NCBI GenBank assembly: GCA_009859145.1
Contig: VRVR01000031.1
Span: 124,001 to 188,000, forward strand
From: Andalucia godoyi And28
Lineage: Eukaryota > Protista > Jakobida
DNA: 64,000 nucleotides
Reading direction: 5' to 3'
This document shows, piece by piece, positions 37,509 to 48,900 of this stretch. The position numbers were made by a program, and so were the translations under genes. Below the pieces are notes generated by a model. The model ran no database searches. It was not told the DNA's origin and saw nothing but the letters and a program-made list of their open reading frames with translations. The first letter of the stretch is position 1. Each line of letters starts with the position of its first letter.

Positions 37509-39203
37509 TTACCGCTTTTTCCCCCATTCGCGGATAACGTCCGGACCAACAACACTTTTGACGCTCTCAAGATAAGATGCGGTAGATTCTGACAAGCCAG
37601 CGTCGAAGGCAGGGACTTCACCGTTTTGAATTGCGGCAACGAGATTCAAACGGAAACACTGGATGTCCTTTCCCGGCTTGACACGCAGAATTCTGATGCA
37701 TTCTCGTCCGAAATCAGACGGTAGACCATCCCCCGGATCTGTTTCTGTATTGTTTTCGGCCAGACCTTCGACATGATCCCGTTTGCGATCGCATTCAGTA
37801 CGTTCCGCACGAATTCTAGAAATCCGTTGGGAAAATATGCTCGCTTCGACTTGCATGTCCTTTAGCAATGGTGTCTGATCGGACCAGATTTTCTCACGGT
37901 CCAATGTGGAAACATCCTGCTGCGCAAAGGACGGCGTGTCCGTCATGACATGATACGGAATGCGAATGATAAAATCCCTCCATTCTCGGGATTGCACTGT
38001 AGAGGAGGTAAACATCTGCTGAAGGGATTGATATACCACTTCATGCTTGAGCGAAGATTTTCGCTTTTCATCTTCCTGGGTATACGGGATGTACTCGTCT
38101 CGCGCAGATGTGCCAGTAAACGAGCACTCATCCAAAAGAAGGGGGAATCCTGGCGCTATCGGCAAATGAATGAGAAACGGAGATTCAAAAAACAAATTCG
38201 AAAAACTCTTCCATGATTCGGTCTGAACATCCGCTTCCAGAAGACTTCCAAACATTTCAGGATGCGCATGTGCATGATGTATGCACAGCAAGAATACCCC
38301 AACCATCTTGCGGATTTGATTGTACATGAATGAGTTTCCCGACAATCTGATGCAATAAAGGTCTTCCGTCGTCGAATCACCCCACCGCTCGCAAGTGATA
38401 TCAAAGATTGTGCGAAGCGTGCGAAACGCAAACTTCCGGGCCTTGGCGCTTCTCAGCGATTCTGCAACGCTGTCCGGCTGTATTCTTGCGTTCACTGGTA
38501 GCGACAAATAGTCCACAAGCTGAGGAGCATCATGTCCAGATGTAAAATGTTGGAAATTACGAGTTCCCAGATACAGGTTTTGCAAAATCCGTGTTATCTT
38601 CTTCTCATCCGTCAACAGCGGGTTGAGGAGTTCGATGGTGGATTTTGGGATCAGATATTCATACGTCCTCATCCTGCAGAGCGATCTGGGAACAAAGCCT
38701 CTACCAGTGAGATGTACAGAAATGACGCGGATATCTCCTTTTGGCTCAATGACTTCATTAAACCTGTCGGCCATCTCGTACGCGTCGAAAGACTTCCCAG
38801 GTATTTCCGTACACGACGTAGATGTGCCGTTTTCACCCTCATCAGAGCCATCTCCGACATCTGCTTGCGAAAGCAGCTCCCGTGGAATCAAAGCCTTGAA
38901 CGAAGCGATATTTGCAATTGCATGAACGCCCTTATCAGTTCGAGAACTGCGAAGAAGAGAAATTTTTTCCGGATGCTTTTGATTCGAAGGTGCTATAAGA
39001 CCGAGTTTGCAGGCGGCCTCTTCAATGGAATTTTCTGCAGCAGGATGGGATGGATTACGGGAATACTGAGACCCGAAAAAGTGAGTGCCATTGTATCCGT
39101 ACGTGACGACAACTCTGCGCTTCCGATACAGTGTCTTATCAAAGCCTCCATCAGATCTGTCTGGAGTGCTGACTGGCAAGCACGAAGCAGGAGCGCTGTC
39201 CAT
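37509..39203 (-). CDS. tRNA pseudouridine synthase, TruA/Pus1 family
   Basis: YGYNGTHFFGSQ, catalytic SSRTDKGVHA, RTYEY, YLGTRNFQHFT, GNSFMYNQIRKMVG. The start codon is uncertain; ATG at 39203 was chosen. Confidence 0.9.
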   Translation of the reverse strand: MDSAPASCLPVSTPDRSDGGFDKTLYRKRRVVVTYGYNGTHFFGSQYSRNPSHPAAENSIEEAACKLGLIAPSNQKHPEKISLLRSSRTDKGVHAIANIASFKALIPRELLSQADVGDGSDEGENGTSTSCTEIPGKSFDAYEMADRFNEVIEPKGDIRVISVHLTGRGFVPRSLCRMRTYEYLIPKSTIELLNPLLTDEKKITRILQNLYLGTRNFQHFTSGHDAPQLVDYLSLPVNARIQPDSVAESLRSAKARKFAFRTLRTIFDITCERWGDSTTEDLYCIRLSGNSFMYNQIRKMVGVFLLCIHHAHAHPEMFGSLLEADVQTESWKSFSNLFFESPFLIHLPIAPGFPLLLDECSFTGTSARDEYIPYTQEDEKRKSSLKHEVVYQSLQQMFTSSTVQSREWRDFIIRIPYHVMTDTPSFAQQDVSTLDREKIWSDQTPLLKDMQVEASIFSQRISRIRAERTECDRKRDHVEGLAENNTETDPGDGLPSDFGRECIRILRVKPGKDIQCFRLNLVAAIQNGEVPAFDAGLSESTASYLESVKSVVGPDVIREWGKKR

Positions 39204-39729
39204 CGCGACGACTGCAATGTGGTTCGAAAAAAAGCGCCAAGGTGCGGAACTCGTCACAAGGACAGGGAAGGCTATACGAGATGATTCGCGTTGACAACAC
39301 CGAGCAGTGATCGAGTAAATTAATCGCATGAGCCAAGACGTTTGGAGCGAGGCGTGATTTCCTCGGGGTGCGGCCGCACCACTTTTGTCTCTCTTTATCT
39401 TTCTGTTTCCCCCGGCCTCCATTGATGATCCTGCGAAGAGCGACAAGCTTTCGTCGTGTTGGCTGTTGCATCAAGTCGGAGGCGTCTAGTTGTTGCTACA
39501 TGGTTGTTTCTGTCCTTCTGAGTTCTGACCACGTCTTTCCCATCTCGAAATTTGTCTATTCTCTGTTCTGTTCCTCATTCGCTGGGCGCGCTCTTTAGTT
39601 GCTTTTGAATATTCAATATCCAAACTGCTTCCGTATCGTTTCATCGTTTGCTGCATAATCTTCTGCTCAGTCTTTGCATTTCCGTGTTCGCAATTTTACG
39701 AAAGCGAACTCCTATTCCACGCTTTTCAC

Positions 39730-41121
39730 ATGGTTTTCCGGAAGTTGTCGAGGCCGGGTTCGGCTCGTCGTGTGTCTGATAATGTATCTGATGCTTCAGG
39801 GATTGAACCGCTTCCACAGTCATTATCGCAAGCAGAAACCCCTCCTAGCAGCCCTTCTCCAGCCTCACCGCCGCTTCACAACATTCATCCCTTTGCGTCT
39901 GCTTCGTCCTCCACGACGTTGCCGCCAGTTTCGCATTATGGACTGTCAAATGCCTCAGATCGTGCAGCACCGCAACATGAGCGTCCTGGCAGCCATTATC
40001 AGGAGCCCGATGATCGACGATCTCGAGAAGGTACAGGTCTCCCTGGAGACAATGTCAATGGAAGTAACTCCAATCCGATGCTATCTGCAGCGCATCACAT
40101 GCCATCTCATTCGTCTCCTTCTTCAAAGTCGGTGCGGCTAGGAAAGTTGGATAAGCTTCTTTCGTCGAACACAATTGACGTTGATGCTTTGAGAAACGTT
40201 TGTTGGTCTGGTGTCCCGCAAAATGACTCCCGGCCACGAGTGTGGCGCATTTTATGTGGTTTCGCAAAAGCTGATTCACTCCAAAGAAAGCGTTCGGAAT
40301 ATGCACAGCAACTCATTCCATCGTATTATCACGATGATCCGACGAGAAGATCGTCTGACGAAGAGAAGATGTGGCATCAGATTTCCATCGATGTTCCAAG
40401 GACATGCACGTCGGAGCCGGTTTTTCGCATTCCACGAGTTGCCTTGGCTCTGCAGAGAATTCTTTACATTTGGGCGCTGAAACACCCAGCCTCTGGGTAC
40501 GTTCAGGGAATCAACGATCTTGTCACTCCCTTTATTTGGGTATTTGTCGGAGAACACATTGCTGGCGCTTCGCAGTCTCTGTCACTGGATGTGGAAGCGG
40601 TTTCCACACTTTCGGAACAGGACTGGCTGGAGATCGAAGCAGATGCATACTGGTGCTTCACAAAATTCGCAGATCCTCTTGCCGAGCATTACACATTTGC
40701 GCAACCGGGGATTCAGAAAATGGTATACCGCCTTGAAGAATTGGTTCGACGCCTGGATGCGAAGCTGCACAGTCATATTATCCTGGAAGCCAACGTTCAG
40801 TTTCTTCAATTTGCGTTCCGTTGGTGCAACTGTTTATTGCTTCGCGAATGGTCGTTACCATTGTCCGTTAGGCTTTTTGACACGTACATTTCTGAAGGGC
40901 CGCAGTTTTCGGTTCTTCACGTTTACGTGTGTGCTGCGTTCTTAACTCGGTTTTCTACGACGGTAATTGAGAAAGATTCGACGGAGTGTGTCATGTACTT
41001 GCAAAACCTTCCCACATCAGAGTGGACGGTATCTGACATCGATATGCTGACCAGCCAGGCCTATGTGTGGAAATGTATGTTCGAGGATTCTCCGTCTCAC
41101 CTTTCCAATCCGACTCTGTAG
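39730..41121 (+). CDS. TBC1D22: Rab-GAP TBC domain protein, Gyp1/TBC1D22 type
   Basis: CWSGVP..RPRVWRILCG, QISIDVPRT, HPASGYVQGINDLVTPF, EADAYWC, YTFAQPGIQ, QFAFRWCNCLLLRE. Confidence 0.95.
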   Translation: MVFRKLSRPGSARRVSDNVSDASGIEPLPQSLSQAETPPSSPSPASPPLHNIHPFASASSSTTLPPVSHYGLSNASDRAAPQHERPGSHYQEPDDRRSREGTGLPGDNVNGSNSNPMLSAAHHMPSHSSPSSKSVRLGKLDKLLSSNTIDVDALRNVCWSGVPQNDSRPRVWRILCGFAKADSLQRKRSEYAQQLIPSYYHDDPTRRSSDEEKMWHQISIDVPRTCTSEPVFRIPRVALALQRILYIWALKHPASGYVQGINDLVTPFIWVFVGEHIAGASQSLSLDVEAVSTLSEQDWLEIEADAYWCFTKFADPLAEHYTFAQPGIQKMVYRLEELVRRLDAKLHSHIILEANVQFLQFAFRWCNCLLLREWSLPLSVRLFDTYISEGPQFSVLHVYVCAAFLTRFSTTVIEKDSTECVMYLQNLPTSEWTVSDIDMLTSQAYVWKCMFEDSPSHLSNPTL

Positions 41122-41538
41122 CCGCCCTTCGTAAACACTACCGCCCTTTTCGTTGAACAAAACAGCACATCCCAACTCATTTTCTTTCTCTTCCGGGCTT
41201 TTGTGCTCGCATGCTTGAGCAAGCACGGCTGCTAATACTGCGCTCGTTATTGCGGATCAGTACTGTCCTTTTTCCGATTCCGAGGCGATGTCCGAACAGC
41301 CGAAATCAAAGCTTTCTCTGCTGTAACACCAAGTTTCTTTTTAATGTTTCAACCCCCGACCTCAACGGGCATCGAGCTCCTCAAGTCAACTCAACCAAGA
41401 TCCCAATTGGCTAACGGGCGTTTGAAAGCACGAAAAGAAAAGAAAATCACCTTTTCCCGGCTCTTCCGCTTCGTTGGTTTGAATCTATATCTGCTTCCTC
41501 TGCATCGACTAGTGTGACAAGTCCGTCATGCGCATTTG

Positions 41539-44097
41539 ATGAATACAAGCGAGAATTCTTCTTCAAATTCGATGTCTGAAGACGCAGGTACCTTGCATGG
41601 CGAGCCAATCGCTGGGACGGCCGTTACTCAGCCCTGCGAAGGATCGTCGGTAGCAGAGTCGTCGTCCAAGCCAACACCAAAAACATCTCCATCTGTTTCG
41701 CCACGAAAAGGAATTGCATCCACTTCAAAGGCTGCGGCGGTGACTCCCAAGGTTTCTCCAAAATCGAAGCACAGGTCTCCGCGAAAGACAAAGGCTGATT
41801 CCTCACGAGGTGTCCCAGACCTGGAAACAGGCGCGAGTGAAACAGATGCGGCGATCGTGGAGAGCAATCAATATAACCAAGAGATCGAGCAGTACAGGGA
41901 GAGAAATGGAATTCCATCAGAGCATGAAGTTACGATTGAGGATCACCAATTGCCGATGGTCAATCGAGATGTTGATCAAAATGAATCATCGATGCATCCT
42001 GTCATCGCAAGCTCAACTCCAAGTTTCACAGACGATGCAGAGAGGGACAATGGAACTTGCGCTTCCCACATGTCCAACAAGGACGGTGGGACGCATCATT
42101 CGTTCACCGAGCCCGCCGGAACTTCAAATGATCCGTTGGATGCCGCTGCCGCTGCCGCTGTTCCTGTAGTTCGCCCCAATTATCGACATCTCAAGTCTCC
42201 ATCCCCAACTTCCAATCCTAGAAAAGGTCCTTTGCGATCACCGAGCCCGTGTGTTGCTTCCGGGGCTTCTATTCCTCCTGCTCTTCCAACTGGAAAAAGG
42301 CCTACTGCTCCAGCTCAGAAGAAAAAGGGGCGCCCGCAAGCAGGCACCGTAAGAACACCTTCTGAATTGAATGCGAAGACTGTCGCGGCACCTCCAACTA
42401 TTCTCGTTCCGGAACAACTGGTTGAGTCTGGTGCGCCAGCTACCGATCCCTCGTCACCGACATCAGCAGATGGGCCCAAACGGAACACAGAACGCATTGA
42501 AGATCATGAAGCTGCTGAGGAAGCCGACGAAAAGACTGCGAAAGAGCCTTCCGATCCAAAAGAACGCGAGAAATATTTGCGCCTGAAATTGGAAGCGGAG
42601 CGTAAATTTCGAAAGGATTCCGAGATGAAGAAAAAACAAGCGGTCTTGGAACTGAACACAATCCGTGCGGAGGTTGAAAATCAGAAGAAAGGCGCTGCAA
42701 AGCGCGTTTCAACTTTGGAATCGGAAGCTGCTCACTGGAAAAAACGCACGAATGCGTTGTTAATGGAAAAGAGGGTTCTCGAGAGTCGGTTGCAACAGTG
42801 CTCTGGGGACGTTCGTGTGGCCGTTCAACGAACCTCAAAGAAAAGATCTGGAAACGCTGCAGCGATGCACCACGATTCGTCTGCCACAAATTTGGCAGAC
42901 AAGGAGGAAATGGATCGGTATCCAGCAAATACATCCTTATCGGTTATTCAATTGGAGAAAAAGCTCGAAGAAACCAAGAAGGCATTGGATGTGGAAACTC
43001 GATTGCGAAAGAGTACAGAAGAGCGGCTGGAGCATGAGAGAGAGTCGCGTTTCAAAGAATCAGCAAATAGGAAAGAGCTTGAGAGGAAAGCTGCCGAATT
43101 GACGATCCGAGTGGAATCTACGAAGAGGCAGATGGAAATTCAGATTAGAGACCTGACTTCCCAAGTCGCTGCAGAATCTCAACGTCGTGATTTTGCAGAA
43201 AAGGAACACAATCGCATCAAGGAGATTCACGATGAAAACAGAAGGAGGTTTGAAGAAGAATCGGCATTGATGAAGTCGCAATTGCGGGCACTTGGAAGAG
43301 AATTTGACGATTTTAGAAGGAAGGCAAAATATGAGAAAAGGGATGTCTCTCCGACTCATTCTTCTTCCGCCTCTACCAGGCCGGGGGCAGCAGGTCATGT
43401 CTTCCCAAACATCACCAATGCTGCTGCCGGGCCATCGTCGTCATCGTCATCCTCAGCATGCTCGTCGGTTTCGACGTTGACTTCCGCAACAACCATTGTA
43501 CCCGGGCCTTTGGCGACTGCCCGCGAAGCGGAGGCGCGTGCGGAAAAGAAGTATGAAGATCGAGTGCGCCGAGTGCAGCAAGAAGAGGAGTCGAAATGGA
43601 AGAATCAATTTGAAGAACTGAACAGAAAATTGAAAACAGAGTATCAAATCAAGATCCAGATGCAGGATGAAAAATTACGATTGGAGAAGGCCATTCTCCG
43701 ACTGAAACGCACAGTAGCGAATGGAAGCAAGGCCCGCGAGTTTATGAAGATGGAGCTTGAAGAGATGCATGGTCGATACAGGGAGCTGATGTCAAAATTG
43801 ATGGAAGAGGCCCCGGACATGGCAGGCTTGATCGCAGAACAGCGAAACCAAATTCAACTCCGGCAGCTTCAGAGGCAACAACAGCTAGAGGATGCAGAAA
43901 ATGCAGATGCAGCAGGCTTGGAGGAATCAAGGAATGGCGTGTCTCCACGTGACGCTGCCATTGAGGAGGATACCCACGAGCACGACGACGACGAAACTCC
44001 CGATCGCATATTTAAGACGATGGCAGTCGTCAAACCGGGAAGAAGAAAGAGAATTTCCAAGGCAGCCACGACTGACGTCACAGAGGTTGAAAGCTGA
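41539..44097 (+). CDS. Disordered N-terminus plus coiled-coil protein
   Basis: 852 aa open frame, Ser/Pro-rich then E/K/R heptad-rich; no family recognised. Confidence 0.85.
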   Translation: MNTSENSSSNSMSEDAGTLHGEPIAGTAVTQPCEGSSVAESSSKPTPKTSPSVSPRKGIASTSKAAAVTPKVSPKSKHRSPRKTKADSSRGVPDLETGASETDAAIVESNQYNQEIEQYRERNGIPSEHEVTIEDHQLPMVNRDVDQNESSMHPVIASSTPSFTDDAERDNGTCASHMSNKDGGTHHSFTEPAGTSNDPLDAAAAAAVPVVRPNYRHLKSPSPTSNPRKGPLRSPSPCVASGASIPPALPTGKRPTAPAQKKKGRPQAGTVRTPSELNAKTVAAPPTILVPEQLVESGAPATDPSSPTSADGPKRNTERIEDHEAAEEADEKTAKEPSDPKEREKYLRLKLEAERKFRKDSEMKKKQAVLELNTIRAEVENQKKGAAKRVSTLESEAAHWKKRTNALLMEKRVLESRLQQCSGDVRVAVQRTSKKRSGNAAAMHHDSSATNLADKEEMDRYPANTSLSVIQLEKKLEETKKALDVETRLRKSTEERLEHERESRFKESANRKELERKAAELTIRVESTKRQMEIQIRDLTSQVAAESQRRDFAEKEHNRIKEIHDENRRRFEEESALMKSQLRALGREFDDFRRKAKYEKRDVSPTHSSSASTRPGAAGHVFPNITNAAAGPSSSSSSSACSSVSTLTSATTIVPGPLATAREAEARAEKKYEDRVRRVQQEEESKWKNQFEELNRKLKTEYQIKIQMQDEKLRLEKAILRLKRTVANGSKAREFMKMELEEMHGRYRELMSKLMEEAPDMAGLIAEQRNQIQLRQLQRQQQLEDAENADAAGLEESRNGVSPRDAAIEEDTHEHDDDETPDRIFKTMAVVKPGRRKRISKAATTDVTEVES

Positions 44098-44518
44098 GGG
44101 ACATGGCAAAAGTTGCGGTGTTTCCTCACCGCCATCCTATCATTCTTCGCCTTTGGCGACTGGTGGGCATGGGGTAAACTGCATGAATCCACTATAGATA
44201 GTCGAATTTGCGCTCTGATCGGCGGCTTTCCATGTCCCAACAAACGCGCCGCCGTGAAAGGGAGAATTCTTTTTTTCGACCGGCCGCATTGTGCACGAGT
44301 TGCCACGCACACACTGCCCAGCAGCCCCCTCGACACAAAGCCTTGGCGGCCAGGGGTTTTTCAAAAGAGCTTTTGACAGCGGTTGATCGGGGCCGGACTG
44401 AGCAGATGCAATCCCCCTGTTTGTTCTGGGCCTACACAACTCTATGACCAGAACCAAAATAGAAAAACAATGACTACCACCAGTTTCGTACCAGTTTGTG
44501 GGAAAATAAAAGCCTCTC

Positions 44519-45114
44519 GCCAAAACATGAATCAGTATTGGGTCATCGGCTAGGTTGTCACCGAAGACGGGTCCAAAGCCACATGTTTTTATTTTAATTT
44601 GGGGCGAGCACCACCTCTGCAATGCAGACTGCTGGCCATCAAAGGGTCATCGCAATCGACATATTCTATTCCCCAATCGATTCGTCGTTCAAAAAAAAAA
44701 AATGAACGTTGGAGGAAACGGAATGCGGTCGGCGGTGCTGCACATCGCGCCTGACGACGCCTTTGCCTTTGCTCCTTCTTGTTCTCTGACTTGAAAGCGC
44801 ATTCCGAACGCAAATCGATCACATCTTTGTGATTTAAAATATCTTGCTCAGCTGTCTGACGATGATCTTCTTCTTGCTCACCGCCTCCGACGAGAGGGAA
44901 TCAACGGGTTTTCTTGGTTCTCGGTATCTTTGGGCATGGCCAGTTTGCGTTTGCTGGGAAGACCGCTCTCTGGAGCCATGAGATGCTGTGTCTGCTTGAG
45001 GATTCGATTATAAACAAACAAACAAACAGACAAACAGACAAACAGAAAATAGTGGAAAGAAAAGAAAGTGAAAGAATGAGAGAAATTCTGGACTTGACTA
45101 CGGTTAGGAAATCG
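44519..45114 (+). repeat. Inverted repeat, copy A (~596 bp)
   Basis: Reverse complement of 50463-51059. The ORF track gives identical 79-aa and 77-aa translations on opposite strands; the only difference I saw is one A in the terminal CAAAA run. Confidence 0.95.
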
Positions 45115-45228
45115 TGGTGTTCGGATAATGTTTAGCGTTGATACAGAAAGCTGTCAACCGTTTGTTTGCTTATTTTCAAGGACGATCTGCAGTTTTCCGC
45201 TCTGTCCACAAGACACTGGAAAAAGATA

Positions 45229-45948
45229 ATGGCGTTATCTCCCGATGGGCTCCACAAACGAGCGATGGAGGGACGGAGCTCATCAAAAGTGTATTCACCA
45301 GCTCCCGCAGCCTTATCCTGCGACGAAAACCTGTCTTCTGAACGTTCGCGACTTGTGAAACGGCATCTGACCGCGCTGACACACATGACGTACTTCACTG
45401 TTGACGAGCTGTTCGCGTGGCTGGATCGCTACAAAGCCTTTGCCTCCCTTTCTGACGGAATGCTTAACAGAATCCAGTTTGAAAAGTTGATTTACACATT
45501 TTGCAGATTCAAAAAGCCTCTCGTTCGACATTTGTTTGTGGCCTTCGATGTGGATGGCGATCACTCGATTTCTTTTGATGAGTGGATTGTACATGCTTCT
45601 ATATTGCAAAAGGGTTCTCCAGAAGAGGCGCTTCGGTTCCTTTTTCATGTGTACGATCGAAATCATGACGGTTCGCTGGAGTTGGAAGAGATTGAAGAGA
45701 TGATCGAATGCATGCTCCCGGAGGAGACCAGACGCCCTTCTCGCTCTAGATTGGAGCGCGAAATGGTACGCGCACTTCCTCGTTTACTGCCACAGTATGA
45801 AGCGAAGGGGCGCCTTGAAGTAATTCGTGTCACTCCCAAAGAGTTTCTGCACATATGTGTGACACACCCTTTGTTTGTTCGAATTTACGATTCGTTCCGA
45901 GATGCAATTGTAGAAAATGGTCCTTCAAGCCTGTCGCTGAGAGAATAG
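45229..45948 (+). CDS. EF-hand protein, neuronal calcium sensor / calcineurin B-like (possibly calaxin-like)
   Basis: TYFTVDEL, LFVAFDVDGDHSISFDEW, KGSPEEALRFLFHVYDRNHDGSLELEEI. Confidence 0.85.
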   Translation: MALSPDGLHKRAMEGRSSSKVYSPAPAALSCDENLSSERSRLVKRHLTALTHMTYFTVDELFAWLDRYKAFASLSDGMLNRIQFEKLIYTFCRFKKPLVRHLFVAFDVDGDHSISFDEWIVHASILQKGSPEEALRFLFHVYDRNHDGSLELEEIEEMIECMLPEETRRPSRSRLEREMVRALPRLLPQYEAKGRLEVIRVTPKEFLHICVTHPLFVRIYDSFRDAIVENGPSSLSLRE

Positions 45949-45972
45949 TGAATGTAACACAGTGCAGTACTT

Positions 45973-48900
45973 TTACGCGTACCGTACTTTGACGTGCAAA
46001 CACTCTTCGTTTCGGTCTTGCTCATCATTGACGAAAACATACACCTCCTTTGGAGTGGTTTCCGTCCCATACGGAAAGACCATGTGAATGTATTCCTTTT
46101 CTCGAGCAGCTACTTGCATGGAAACCTCACGCATATAACATACAGATTCATCGGACGAAAATAAGTTGAAAGTCCGCGCAGATGGGTACGGATTCTTGTA
46201 TGCAACCTTCTTCAAGAGTCCCCTCCTTGCAGTATCATTGTCTTGCTGTGAAAGCTTCTCATCATTCTTGATAATAGCGGTAGAAACAAGAGGCACAACA
46301 AGATCAAACGATTTTGAGATCGGAGGCATTACTGCCGATGCAATCACGAGGGCAGTCATGAGATGTTCATTCGTTTCGACGTCCATCCAGTGCAAAAGGA
46401 CTTCTGTTCGAGACGTTGATGAAGGTCTGAAAATAACACCAATCGCAGTTGCAGTTGATGGCGACCAGTAAAACGCTTCCTTTGGTTCGCAGTAAACCAC
46501 CAAAGGCTCCGAAGACATCACTCGAACAAGACGAGTGCCAAAAGACTGCAACGGGAGATCCAGAACATCTCGAGTGGATTGTCCAACGGTTCCCTGCATA
46601 GCTTTGTACAACGTCGGGATTTCGTAAACGACGTTCAGGACGTACGACGGCACAGTCATTTCCTCAGAATCGTAAAATCGAAGAGCACAAACGGAAGATC
46701 TGCGAAAATATGACGAGATCCATAGGGAAGAATCCTGTGGCGGTGGTGTAAATTTCGCGATAACCTTGACGTTATCAGTGCTCTGAATCACGGTGTCTGG
46801 CCACGAAGAGTGGGTAAAACCGTGTGCTGTTTGCAGAACCATCTTCCTGCTTCCAAAAGAAGAACCAGACGTTCTCTGCGAATTCGCTGTCAGTGATGAG
46901 TCGTTATCATTCCCCTTCAACTCCATTTCCAGTTTAACCAACTCCCGAGGAGGGGTGATGCACCAGATGGTTTTGTTGACGACATGCGGAATGGACCGCA
47001 CCACAAGCTGGAGAGAACGCACAGTATCCCCGGCCATGTTTTTCAACCGCAACACGAACCGAACTTCAGCCTCCTCGTATTCCAAACCTGATACAGGAGA
47101 ATCCCGAAGAGAAACCTTGACGGCCAGAAGAGCCTTTTCATGAGCATCTAACGCAATCATTCCTCGGTCATCCACGAGTGTTTCGTTGAATACTACATGG
47201 TCCAACAGGGGATTGCGGTTCGGACAATAGTCCTTCTTTTCGGCTTGCAACTTTCTGAACAGCTTCGAAGAGCGCAGGGGGGACACTTCTACAGACAAAC
47301 GACCATCGCCTTCTTCCTCCACGGCCGAAAACGCAAAGACAGCTGGGCTTGAATAAGGATTCTTCACAAGAGTCTCCACCATGCGAGTATAACCCCGCAT
47401 CAGAGTAATGGTGTGAGTTTCTGAAGCATACGACCGCAGCTGATCCGAAATGATTTGCTGTCTCTCAGCAGTTCTAATTCTCTCGATTGCATCTTCAACC
47501 TGCTGCACGGCAATATTTTCATCTGAAACAGACGTTGGAACATGGGAGATTTGGTTCCATCGCTCAACATGCAGCTGTTTCCTGACCGTTACATCCACAG
47601 GACCAACAAACTGCGCTGCATTTTGCAGCGCGGGTGTTCTTTCAACAATCCTAGGGACGCGGACGGTACGACTTCCAGCACCTCCAGGGAGCGCTGGGGA
47701 GGACACGTCATAATCAGTTCCGAGCACAGAAGAAGCTTGTCCAAACGAAGAGGGCACGCGGACCGCAGACACCCGCACAATCAACTTGTTCTTCAGAGCC
47801 GAGCCTCGGAAAATGTCAGACACAACAGGGAGCGCAAGCCACACGGAGGTATCTCCACATTCGACAGCATTCAAAAGCGCCTTCCAGGGAACAGAAACAG
47901 TGCCCTTGGGAAAATGCCCGTCGGCGTCCCAGACCGTAATCTCCGAAGAAGAAGACGAAAGGTATGTCGAGTACATTGTCCGAAGACACGGAGTCAACGA
48001 TCGTGGATCAACTCTGAACCGTATTTCAATTCCCAGATGTCCTTGAGATGATACAAGAACAAGCATGTTGCTTTGTGGAGAAACACGTTCCAGCGAAGAA
48101 GGAGTTCCCAGTGTAGAAATTGGTGGGAATACAAAGAAGGAAGTGGAGAACGAAACCCTACCCAGCGAAGCATCTGCAGTATCTGGGGTTTGGAAACCCC
48201 AAAGCTGCAGAACAATATCATGGACGTCTCGGATACTAGCAGACACAGCACGATCGTCGTCAACGAAGGGAAATCGGATGCTGACAAAGGAAAGCGCATT
48301 GAAGGTGCACTGAACAGCAGCGCCCGCCGGAGACATTAGGAAACGGCGCAACAACTGGCGAGGGAGAGGCGCAATGAGACTCGCCAGATCATTGGAACCG
48401 GAAGTTGAACTCGACTTCTGGACAAGAAGGTCAATCAACATGGGGTCGTCGAGCTCTTCTGGATGTTTGCGTCGATTGCCGCTTCTGTCCACAGAGGCAG
48501 CCGCCACAGAAGGGGTGGGTGGTTCCGGCTTCGGCGGCTCCTTTGCCACAGGTGATGGCAAAGGAGGCCTGGTCGATTTTTCAACTGAAGCAGACGCAGA
48601 AATGATGGCGATCTCATCACCAGCGCCACCCTCGTCTTTCTTCGGCACCTTTTCCTGTTTTTTGTTTTCCTTCTTCACCGGAGCAGTTGCAGGAGCTTCC
48701 TTTTGAAGTTTCGGTCTGGAAGAGGACGGAGTCAGTCCAGAAACAAAGACCTCAAATTCACAACCTGTCTCCACAGTTTCGCCAATTCTCGGAGGCTCCA
48801 CACTTCTCGCAACGAGCAAACCTGGTCGGAACAAGCTCTCTGAAACCGGAACGGCACCCATCCTAAAGCCGACTTCCTTTTGCCCTGCTTCCGACTTACC

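Noticed and set aside
44280-44410. HK.LGG..VF....VDR-like wording upstream of repeat A
   Set aside because: It needs several frameshifts and lacks the E/TSKTC and NGARNI anchors, so it is too weak to call a Fanzor remnant.
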